Below are positions 1-7,495 of a stretch of 24,000 bases of DNA, piece after piece. This DNA comes from Candidatus Thorarchaeota archaeon (lineage in GTDB: Archaea > Asgardarchaeota > Thorarchaeia > Thorarchaeales > Thorarchaeaceae), in assembly GCA_016840685.1 (NCBI GenBank), contig JAEORX010000017.1:7387-31386 (forward strand). Reading direction: 5' to 3'. Below the pieces are notes generated by a model. It searched no databases. It saw nothing but the letters and a program-made list of their open reading frames with translations, and was not told the DNA's origin. Made by a program: the position numbers and the translations under genes. Each line of letters begins with the position of its first letter. The first letter of the stretch is position 1.

Positions 1-21
1 TCCATCATTGCATATAGCGCC

Positions 22-1806
22 TTGGGGAGAGATGAACCTACCTCTGAGAAACCTATGCTTGTTTCGTTACCTTTCGCTAGTAGAGAGGACCAATATGATC
101 TGTCCTCTGTTCGTGAATCTGATGCAGTCATACTTCCATCGATGATAGCACTCCCCACACTCTCCTCTCAATCCTTCAATCTGGTCTTCAAATATCAGAA
201 GGAGGTGTCTTCAAAATTAGCCTCGAAGATTGATGCATCACGTACCATCATCCGCATCCCGTCTGAAACGGATCCCGAATCAATACCAAGATTCTCCGAT
301 GTCGGCGCCCATGGTGCGGCATTTTCCTTTAATGGTCAACTAGGCCCGCAAGACTTTGGTGCGATTCATCTGAGAAGTCGTCTTCCACTCTATATGATGG
401 CGCTAGCAGTGGGTCGAATAGAACCAGGTCTTATACCGCTATTATACTATACTGGGTTCGATGTGATTGATATAGGTCACGCTGAGGAGTCAGCCGCAAA
501 AGGACTACGACTGTGGAGGAATGGTTCAGAAAAAATAGAACTCGGAAAGAACCGTCGCTATTGTTCATGCCCTGCATGTATGAAGATAGATACAGCCAAA
601 GAGGAAGATCTTCAAAGCATTCTTCTTGAGCACAATCTTGGCATCTACAAATCCATGCTCTCAGAATCAGAGGAAGCTATGAAGTCAGGGCGGCTTAGAT
701 GGCTTGTGGAGAGTTCCACGCATAACAGCCCCGGACATGCCTCCTTAGTTAGACTTGTCAATAGGGAGCTCTATCAATTCATAGAGGAATTATCACCCAC
801 AACAGGCCCAGACGCACTACCTGTGATTGGTCCTGAGTCCTATAATGCTCCAGTAGTACGAAGATTCAGGGAATATGTGGCATCGAGATACACTCCACCA
901 GTCAACAAATCAATCGTTCTACTTCTTCCATGTTCTGCAAAGAAACCATACTCAGACTCCAAGTCACATAGAAGATTCTCAGCAGTGATTGAATCTGCAA
1001 TGGGTGGAATGGAAACACATGTCGCTGAAGTCATTCTCACTTCGCCCCTTGGTCTAGTACCTAGGGAACTCGAGCGCATCTATCCTGCAGGGCAATACGA
1101 CATACCTGTGACTGGTGATTGGGATGCTGAAGAAATCGAGATAGGAACTAGGGCACTTGTGACCCATCTCAAGAAATTCAGTAAATCATCAGTTATAATC
1201 GCTCATGTGTCTGGTGGGTATCTCGACATAGTCAGAGCTGCTGAGTCCCAGATTGAGCAGAGTCTTATATATACAACTCCTGAAGATCGAGCGACAAGTA
1301 TGGGGTCGTTAGATGCATTAAGAGAAGCACTCTCTGAAATGAAAGACATTTTGGCATTGCCTCCAAGCCCTAGAACAGAACTCGAGGAGATAGTGTCTGC
1401 CACCGCCGACTATCAGTTCGGCAGAGGTGCTGGAACAGTCATTGTTCCTAAAGATGCAAGGCTTAAGGGCAAACCATACAGGCAAATCATCTGTAGGGTG
1501 GATGGGGAGCAGGTCTGTTCCTATGTGGCTGAGAGTGGAAGCCTCTCTCTCACATTAGCTGGGGGAAAACTACTCTCTCCACTCAACAAGTACTGGGTTC
1601 GCCTTGATGCTCCAATGATCAAAGGTGGCTCCGTTTTTGCTGTGGGTGTTGAAGAAGCTGACTATGCAATACGACCCGGGGACGAAGTCATCGTCATGAA
1701 CATGTCTGGCGAAGTCATTGGTGTTGGAAGAAGTGAGATGTCTGGTCGTGAGATGTGCGAATTGAAGCGAGGTAGAGCAGTTTCTATCCGTCATAAGAAG
1801 GAGTGA
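22..1806 (+). CDS. arcS: Archaeosine synthase ArcS (TGT-like N-domain, DUF5591 core, C-terminal PUA)
   Basis: Long ORF. The frame is open back to base 1 (no stop in 1-21), so the 5' end is uncertain: TTG 22, ATG 55, or upstream of the window. TGT-type zinc motif CSCPAC...H. Exact match to the ArcS motif PC-X3-KPY-X2-S-X2-H (PCSAKKPYSDSKSH). PUA-like C-terminus (IRPGDEVIVMNMSGEVIGVGRSEMSGREM). Confidence 0.85.
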   Translation: MGRDEPTSEKPMLVSLPFASREDQYDLSSVRESDAVILPSMIALPTLSSQSFNLVFKYQKEVSSKLASKIDASRTIIRIPSETDPESIPRFSDVGAHGAAFSFNGQLGPQDFGAIHLRSRLPLYMMALAVGRIEPGLIPLLYYTGFDVIDIGHAEESAAKGLRLWRNGSEKIELGKNRRYCSCPACMKIDTAKEEDLQSILLEHNLGIYKSMLSESEEAMKSGRLRWLVESSTHNSPGHASLVRLVNRELYQFIEELSPTTGPDALPVIGPESYNAPVVRRFREYVASRYTPPVNKSIVLLLPCSAKKPYSDSKSHRRFSAVIESAMGGMETHVAEVILTSPLGLVPRELERIYPAGQYDIPVTGDWDAEEIEIGTRALVTHLKKFSKSSVIIAHVSGGYLDIVRAAESQIEQSLIYTTPEDRATSMGSLDALREALSEMKDILALPPSPRTELEEIVSATADYQFGRGAGTVIVPKDARLKGKPYRQIICRVDGEQVCSYVAESGSLSLTLAGGKLLSPLNKYWVRLDAPMIKGGSVFAVGVEEADYAIRPGDEVIVMNMSGEVIGVGRSEMSGREMCELKRGRAVSIRHKKE

Positions 1807-1815
1807 GAGTGAGGA

Positions 1816-2898
1816 ATGGAAGAACCGCTAGGGGAGATCAATCTGGCTGTACAAAAAGCGACACTCCAGGCTCGAGGGAATTCAATAAAGAAAAGGATGA
1901 AACGAGACCCCGCAAGACCATCTGCCAAATGGGTTGCACCAGCAAGAGTGGGTCGAGAGGAGGGGAAAGCACTTGCGGTTGTTCTCTCTACAATTGGTTG
2001 TGCGCATGCACGTAGCGACTCTGGAGGATGTACAATGTGTAGCTATCTTCTTGATGGAGTTCACGAACAACCGACAGCAGAACAGATAGTTGCTCAATTC
2101 CAAACCGCACTAAAAGAAATCGAAACCGCCGCTCCACCAATATCCATTAAAATTTACACGAGTGGAAGTTTTTTCGATGATGAAGAGATTCCGCCAGAGG
2201 CTAGGACTCAGATTCTAAGGTTAATTTCTAGGGACGAGCGGATTCGTGAAGTAATAATCGAATCAAGACCTGAATATGTCAGCGAATCCATTCTTTCGAC
2301 GCTTCGAGCTGTTCTCGCCGACAGGAACATTGAGATTGGTATGGGTCTTGAAAGTGCAGATGACACAATCAGAGCAGTCTGCATCAATAAGGCATTCAAT
2401 CTAAATACCTTCAAGGAAGCCTTGCGGACAGCAAAGAAGTATAACGTAGGGATACGTGCCTATGTCCTACTCAAGCCTCCCTTTCTTACTGAGCGAGACG
2501 CTCTCCTTGATGCCATTTCTACCATAGAAGAAGCGAGAAAAATGGGTGTGACCACAATCTCCCTGAATCCAGTCAATGTCCAGAAGGAAACACTTGTGGA
2601 GAAACTCTGGATAAAGGGCAACTATAGACCACCATGGCTTTGGAGTGTGATTGAAGTACTTCGTAGAGGGACTAGCACCTCTGACAAATGGATGAAGATT
2701 GTGTGTGACCCCGTTGCTGGCGGAAAACCAAGAGGCGCTCATAACTGCGGCAAGTGTGATAGTGATATCATGGAGGCAATCCGTAGGTTCTCACTAAAAC
2801 AAGATCCAACAGCAATCCAGAATCTGAGCTGTGACTGTATCAACCAGTGGGAGCATGTCTTGAAACACGAGGACTTTTCACTAGTCGTTCACAGATGA
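1816..2898 (+). CDS. raSEA: Radical SAM enzyme, probable RaSEA (archaeosine-forming partner of ArcS)
   Basis: ATG lies 10 nt after the arcS stop, preceded by a GTGAGG SD-like element. Cys triad GCAHARSDSGGCTMC (C-X9-C-X2-C), resembling Elp3/YhcC-type radical SAM proteins. TIM-barrel-like middle region (IKIYTSGSFFD, IESRPEYV, GLESADD). C-terminal CGKC...CDC cluster. Immediate synteny with arcS. Confidence 0.75.
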   Translation: MEEPLGEINLAVQKATLQARGNSIKKRMKRDPARPSAKWVAPARVGREEGKALAVVLSTIGCAHARSDSGGCTMCSYLLDGVHEQPTAEQIVAQFQTALKEIETAAPPISIKIYTSGSFFDDEEIPPEARTQILRLISRDERIREVIIESRPEYVSESILSTLRAVLADRNIEIGMGLESADDTIRAVCINKAFNLNTFKEALRTAKKYNVGIRAYVLLKPPFLTERDALLDAISTIEEARKMGVTTISLNPVNVQKETLVEKLWIKGNYRPPWLWSVIEVLRRGTSTSDKWMKIVCDPVAGGKPRGAHNCGKCDSDIMEAIRRFSLKQDPTAIQNLSCDCINQWEHVLKHEDFSLVVHR

Positions 2899-2921
2899 AC
2901 ATGCGCCCTATGGTAAAGGTC

Positions 2922-2930
2922 ATAAATAAA
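2922..2930 (+). promoter_or_regulatory. TATA-box-like element upstream of the 115-aa ORF
   Basis: ATAAATAAA lies about 45 nt upstream of ATG 2975. An SD-like GGAGTGAT at 2962-2969 lies between the predicted TSS and the ATG. Confidence 0.35.
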
Positions 2931-2974
2931 GTGAAATCGCCGTTTCTTGTTTTGAGAAAGTGGAGTGATTCAGT

Positions 2975-3322
2975 ATGAATCAGTATGTCACACGAGTGTC
3001 TGTTTGGTTTTACAGTGAGGGTGCGTCGCCCTCTCAGGTAATGGGCAAGCTCATGGACCTAGGCTTTAAGCCAGTGAGAGGGGCATATGACTTTGTCTAT
3101 GAACACAGAACTGATAACATGACCGAAGCCAACCTTGGGAGTGCCATTCTTGAGATTTCAAATGCCTTACACAAGACACTCGTTGGATTCAAGGTTCTCT
3201 ACAATCTAGACACACATCTATCAAATGGGGAAGATGACTATGTCCCACTTGAGGACATCGACGCAGAGTTGGAAGAAACCCGTAAAGAGATTGAAATGAT
3301 TGAGAATGAAGAAAAGGAATAG
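2975..3322 (+). CDS. Hypothetical small protein (115 aa) with acidic C-terminal tail
   Basis: ATG is preceded by a strong SD-like GGAGTGAT. The alternating hydrophobic pattern suggests a small alpha/beta domain followed by an E/D-rich helix (DIDAELEETRKEIEMIENEEKE). I recognise no family. Confidence 0.6.
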   Translation: MNQYVTRVSVWFYSEGASPSQVMGKLMDLGFKPVRGAYDFVYEHRTDNMTEANLGSAILEISNALHKTLVGFKVLYNLDTHLSNGEDDYVPLEDIDAELEETRKEIEMIENEEKE

Positions 3323-3342
3323 AACTCAGAATGGGTCATGCG

Positions 3343-3379
3343 GAAACCTCACAACCCAATCCTGAGGAGTGGTTTCTTT
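3343..3379. terminator. Possible bidirectional terminator between convergent genes
   Basis: Imperfect hairpin GAAACC (3343-3348) / GGTTTC (3371-3376), with an alternative inner CCTCA/TGAGG pairing. Its 3' arm runs into the T-rich TTTCTTT tract (3373-3379). It lies in the 55-nt gap between the 115-aa ORF (+) and the DUF11 gene (-). Confidence 0.2.
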
Positions 3380-5162
3380 AGACTGAGGTGACTTCTGGCT
3401 CGCGACGTTCGTACTCACCCTCACCCTGTACGGTAACCTTGATTTTCTTCTTGTCACCTGGATTCATTCGCTGCCAAGTCCAGACCATGTAGTTTCCGCC
3501 CTCTGCAACTGGAAACACCTCAGGACCTTCGTCTTCTGGGTCCGTGGACACATACTCAAATCCAGCAGGAATCCAATCTGTGACCTCGATATTCTCAGTA
3601 GTCACTTCGCCATTGTTTGAAACCACAAGCATCACAACGTATTCTCCAGCTCCAGATCCTTTGTTGATTGCTTTCTTGATTGAGATTGCCCGTTTCTTGT
3701 ATATCACCCCAAGCTTGTGCCCGTCACTCGGACTTTCAACCACCATTGGGATTCCAGCTGGTTCTGTGTTTGCAGTACAAGTAATTGGTGAAGGATATTC
3801 TTTCTCTGGTCTATTTCGCCAAGCCATGATGGCGTAGTTTATTTTGAGACTTTCGCCAGGTTCGAGTTCTCCACCAGATTCTCTCAAGCCTTCAACCCGA
3901 AATGTTATCTTATGAGGCTTCTCTGGATCTTGATCTTCAGGATCGATAAGAAACTCATAAGGCCCGGTGAACTCCTCGCCCCTAATCCAAACAGTGACAT
4001 GTTCGCTTTTTGGGGGCATGACATCATCAGGTAGATTATTCTCAATTGTAATCTCATTTAGTTTCGCAGAACCATTGTTGGTCACTTCAATTGTGACTTC
4101 AACTGGTGTCTTATCAAAGCTGCTCACTGCTGGCGGATCAAATGTCTTTGAGTAATCAATGCTACACACTGGGATTTCCTGAGACTCCTTCTTTATGGTT
4201 CCAAGCACTCTCTTTGTGACAGCTCTAGAAGGAGTATAGACAATGTCTTGTTTACATTTAGGAGTTGACTTACTTTTAACCTCGAATGATGATGTCCATT
4301 CCTGATCCGGTGCCATCTCGACACCAGGCTCTTCCTCTATCATCTTCTTTTTTTCACTACCATCCTCAGGCATGAGAAAGACTAGAGCTTTGTCTAGTTT
4401 CACAATAAGGTCACTTTCATTTGAGCATTCAAGTGTGCATTGCCAATGGTTCGGTTCAGTTTCAGCAGTTTCAATTCCAGTCAAGAACTCTGTCAATGCA
4501 GATAGGTCTGGATCAAGATTAGACCTCTGTTGTCCCTCTCCTCTGTAGGTGATGACAATATCTCCTGCTTGTTTGGGCTTGGTGTCTTCAACATGACCCG
4601 TTGCACTGATGACCAGTGAGGAGGACTCACGTGGATAGATTACAAAGTCCTTCCAGACCACCTGTTTTGTGCCTTCATCATACTCAGCTGTCCCTGACTT
4701 AGCGGATGCAATCTTCACATTGGAAAGCTCTGGAGGAACAGTCTTGTTCACAATGATGTTGTCTAGTTCACCATCTGTTTCATTTGTGATAGTAATTGTG
4801 ATTTTCACAGGGTTGTCCTTCCCACTCACATATGCCCAGTGTGGTTCCTCTGTTTCAATGGTTCCGCAAGTATCAAAAATTTCCTTGAGAGTCAGTATTG
4901 GTGCTTTTACCTTTACACCATAGTTAGCCTCCCACTTTCCTCCTGCATCTATTTCCCCTGCAACAAGTGTATCTTCTCTGATATCTGTCGAGTCATGGCT
5001 CTCATCAAGGAGGACTTTTACATTCCAGATTCGGCTTCTCTCTGATACATTATTGACGCTCAAGACTCCCGAAGCATCTATACTATTCAACTCGGATAGT
5101 CCTCCAAGTTGGACTTTTTCCGATTCCTCGAGGTCTATGACGACCTTTTTTCTTTCACTCAT
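3378..5162 (-). CDS. Multi-domain beta-sandwich repeat protein (about 5 DUF11/CARDB-like modules), no signal peptide
   Basis: 594-aa ORF with recurring DUF11-type signatures: KITITITNETDGELDNIIVNKTVPPEL, VEVTIEVTNNGSAKLNEITIENNLPDDV, YVVMLVVSNNGEVTTENIEVTDWIPAGFEYV...WTWQRMNPGDKKKIKVTV. The N-terminus MSERKKVVIDLEESEK is hydrophilic, with no TM segment or Sec/Tat leader. Confidence 0.8.
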   Translation of the reverse strand: MSERKKVVIDLEESEKVQLGGLSELNSIDASGVLSVNNVSERSRIWNVKVLLDESHDSTDIREDTLVAGEIDAGGKWEANYGVKVKAPILTLKEIFDTCGTIETEEPHWAYVSGKDNPVKITITITNETDGELDNIIVNKTVPPELSNVKIASAKSGTAEYDEGTKQVVWKDFVIYPRESSSLVISATGHVEDTKPKQAGDIVITYRGEGQQRSNLDPDLSALTEFLTGIETAETEPNHWQCTLECSNESDLIVKLDKALVFLMPEDGSEKKKMIEEEPGVEMAPDQEWTSSFEVKSKSTPKCKQDIVYTPSRAVTKRVLGTIKKESQEIPVCSIDYSKTFDPPAVSSFDKTPVEVTIEVTNNGSAKLNEITIENNLPDDVMPPKSEHVTVWIRGEEFTGPYEFLIDPEDQDPEKPHKITFRVEGLRESGGELEPGESLKINYAIMAWRNRPEKEYPSPITCTANTEPAGIPMVVESPSDGHKLGVIYKKRAISIKKAINKGSGAGEYVVMLVVSNNGEVTTENIEVTDWIPAGFEYVSTDPEDEGPEVFPVAEGGNYMVWTWQRMNPGDKKKIKVTVQGEGEYERREPEVTSV

Positions 5163-5237
5163 TCAATGCACACCCACTGACTATGTTCTTTTTCTAATGG
5201 AATCTTCTAGCTGTTGTGTCGACCTCGCAGGAGAATA

Positions 5238-5951
5238 TCAGTCTAGCTCGTATCTGAATTCATTCCCTGCGGCCCAGTAGAGCGTTAGGACTTGGTTTGG
5301 TTCCATGACTACAGGAGCAGTTCCTTGCCCGAATTGTTGGACATATTTAGTGAACTTCTTCGGATCATCTTCTGATGCCCACCTCATGGGAATCCCTACT
5401 CGTGGCTTTGCATCGATGCATAAACTGACAGCGTCTTTCACAGGAAAGACACCATCACCACCAACTGGCACAATGAGGACATCCATGTCAAGGTGTTCGA
5501 ATGAACCCCTGATTATTGAGTCGCCAAGGTATCCAACCTTCATGTCCCCCATCTCAATATACAATCCAAAGTTCTCAATATGCCCACCTTCTGCTTCGTC
5601 AATTCGAGTCAGAGCATAAGGAGTTATTCTAACATCTGGAATTTCGTAAGGGACTTCTGGTTTCAGAACGTGAAGTAGCCATGGTTTGACACCTTGTCCA
5701 GAAACCTTGTCAGCTGCTCCTTGATTACCCAGGAACCATGCCTTTGATTCGACTGCGATAGTTGCTGCATTGCCAACTGCATCGTCTGACTGATTGGTCG
5801 CGATGACCACTCTTGCACTGAAATCATTTGGTACAACTAACTCTCCATTCCATATTCCGGGATTCAGAAGAACTGTCGTTTCTTTATGTTCGAGTGCGAA
5901 TGAAGTCTTTCCGAAGTATACAATTTTGAGCAACCAATCACATCCCGTCAA
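5238..5951 (-). CDS. MBL-fold (UPF0173-like) protein with degenerate metal-binding motifs
   Basis: Overall pattern matches UPF0173/MBL hydrolases: LKIVYFGKTSFALE..TVLLNPG, GYLGDS, DVLIVPVGG, KPRVGIPM. The HxHxDH position reads TNQSDD (5781-5798), and the late PMHY-type His position reads PMRW. The start is non-ATG, TTG at 5951 or TTG at 5933. Confidence 0.7.
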   Translation of the reverse strand: MTGCDWLLKIVYFGKTSFALEHKETTVLLNPGIWNGELVVPNDFSARVVIATNQSDDAVGNAATIAVESKAWFLGNQGAADKVSGQGVKPWLLHVLKPEVPYEIPDVRITPYALTRIDEAEGGHIENFGLYIEMGDMKVGYLGDSIIRGSFEHLDMDVLIVPVGGDGVFPVKDAVSLCIDAKPRVGIPMRWASEDDPKKFTKYVQQFGQGTAPVVMEPNQVLTLYWAAGNEFRYELD

Positions 5952-6112
5952 TGCGCACTGGCACGGTCAAGCCAGAATGACTGCTGCACTACTAGCGGGG
6001 AGGTTCTTGTTAATAAGGTAATTTCGAACCTATGCAGGGTCACTAACAAATTGCGCATTTGAAGTGATTCTTGGTTCCAATAGGTGTGCACTCTAGTTCA
6101 TTGAGTGCTAGC

Positions 6113-6120
6113 TTTTTATG
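6113..6120 (+). promoter_or_regulatory. TATA-box-like element upstream of nurA operon
   Basis: TTTTTATG sits in the 236-nt divergent intergenic region, about 70 nt upstream of ATG 6188. This predicts a leader containing the 6147-6173 hairpin and the SD-like GAGTGAG (6172-6178). Confidence 0.3.
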
Positions 6121-6146
6121 ACTTTGGCAGGACTAAGTTTCAGAGG

Positions 6147-6173
6147 TCTACATGTCCTGTGGAAGTATGTAGA
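6147..6173 (+). other. Inverted repeat / hairpin in predicted nurA 5' leader
   Basis: TCTACAT (6147-6153) and ATGTAGA (6167-6173) are perfect 7-nt complements with a 13-nt spacer. The 3' arm abuts the SD-like GAGTGAG. Confidence 0.3.
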
Positions 6174-6187
6174 GTGAGTTGGATTCT

Positions 6188-7480
6188 ATGTTAGATAAGA
6201 TTCTCACTGAGAAATTCAGAAGAACATTGAAGATGGTCTTCACCGACATCCAAAATCAACAGGACCGACGTGATGAACAAGAGTTTGCAAAGGACGAGAC
6301 ACGTATCAAAGAGCGTCTTCTTGATACTTTCACACCATATCCCTCAGATATTGTGTTAGAGAACGATTACCGTGTCGCTGCGATTGATGGATCTGGGACT
6401 GACAGCCTAATGACACTCGATGACATTCGCATTCATCTTGTCAGCACATCCATCATAGTTGTGGACACAAACACCCGGTCTGAGAATCTCTTCTCACCAA
6501 TCGAACGAAAGGCACTAGAACTTGAAGTTGGTGATCAACCACACATAGACATCCACTGGCATTCAGGTGTTCGGAATGACGCCCGTGACAAACTTGCTGA
6601 AACACTTTCAAACATCTACCCCTTGAAGGATATAGCCAGTCTTACACTTCCATTCTTTCAAGACTTCACAAGAGGAAAGATTACATCATTTTCTGATTTT
6701 GCAGAAACAGAGTATGAGAAGCATATACCACGCCTGAGAGAGATGGAGTTCCTTATCTCAAGAGAACAGCTGCTGACCAATCCTATTGTTCATGAAGAGA
6801 TTCGAAAGACCAGTGAGTATGCTGCTGCACGAAAGGTGTTGATGAGTGACATTCAACCAAAGTACCTCCTCTTGGATGGTGCGCTATCAGTCTTCATGCA
6901 CTTCGTTCGGCACTATCCCTCTATGCCAAGTGGATTCCTGTTGAGAGACCTATGTACTCTAGCGCGAAGAAAGAAAACAATCTTGTGTGCAGTAAGCAAG
7001 AATCATACAATCCCCTTCGCACATCGTATTGCTGGGATGGCGAGGGATGTATTTGGAGATAATGCAAAATGGTTCTGTCATCTCCCAAGCAGCGAGGACC
7101 CTGAGGGAGGTCTTCACATATACGATGACAGGACCTACATACCTCCTATGTTGGCTGTTCCCTACTTGTACAGTTTCTCGCGTGACAACAGACCTTCTAG
7201 GATTGATTTTGATAGGGTTTGGTGGCTTGAGAACATATTTGTCCCTGGTGACCCTGGGGCAACCCGTGCTAATGAGAAGGCGCTCTTTGCCGAGCTTGAG
7301 TTCATGTCAAGAGACGCAAGGTGGTATGGATACCCTGTAGCACTTGCCTTGGCTCATGAGTCCTGTAAATTGAGCTATGAAGACCTAAGACTTGCAAAGG
7401 AAGTATGCATGGATGTTAGGTCCGAGATGAATCTGGAACGACGAGATGCACAGCCCCTCCGTGCAGACTATGATTTGTAG
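6188..7480 (+). CDS. nurA: NurA 5'-3' nuclease
   Basis: Motifs VAAIDGSG, LLLDGAL and AVSKNH are typical of the NurA RNase-H-like fold. It lies immediately upstream of herA. ATG 6188 is preferred over the track's TTG 6179 because the SD-like GAGTGAG ends 9 nt upstream of it. Confidence 0.8.
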   Translation: MLDKILTEKFRRTLKMVFTDIQNQQDRRDEQEFAKDETRIKERLLDTFTPYPSDIVLENDYRVAAIDGSGTDSLMTLDDIRIHLVSTSIIVVDTNTRSENLFSPIERKALELEVGDQPHIDIHWHSGVRNDARDKLAETLSNIYPLKDIASLTLPFFQDFTRGKITSFSDFAETEYEKHIPRLREMEFLISREQLLTNPIVHEEIRKTSEYAAARKVLMSDIQPKYLLLDGALSVFMHFVRHYPSMPSGFLLRDLCTLARRKKTILCAVSKNHTIPFAHRIAGMARDVFGDNAKWFCHLPSSEDPEGGLHIYDDRTYIPPMLAVPYLYSFSRDNRPSRIDFDRVWWLENIFVPGDPGATRANEKALFAELEFMSRDARWYGYPVALALAHESCKLSYEDLRLAKEVCMDVRSEMNLERRDAQPLRADYDL

Positions 7481-7495
7481 GGTGAGGAATAGATT

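Noticed and set aside
1803-2015. 70-aa ORF overlapping the start of the radical-SAM gene in another frame
   Set aside because: It lies wholly inside better-supported coding sequence, and its Arg/Gly/Cys-rich product has no motif.
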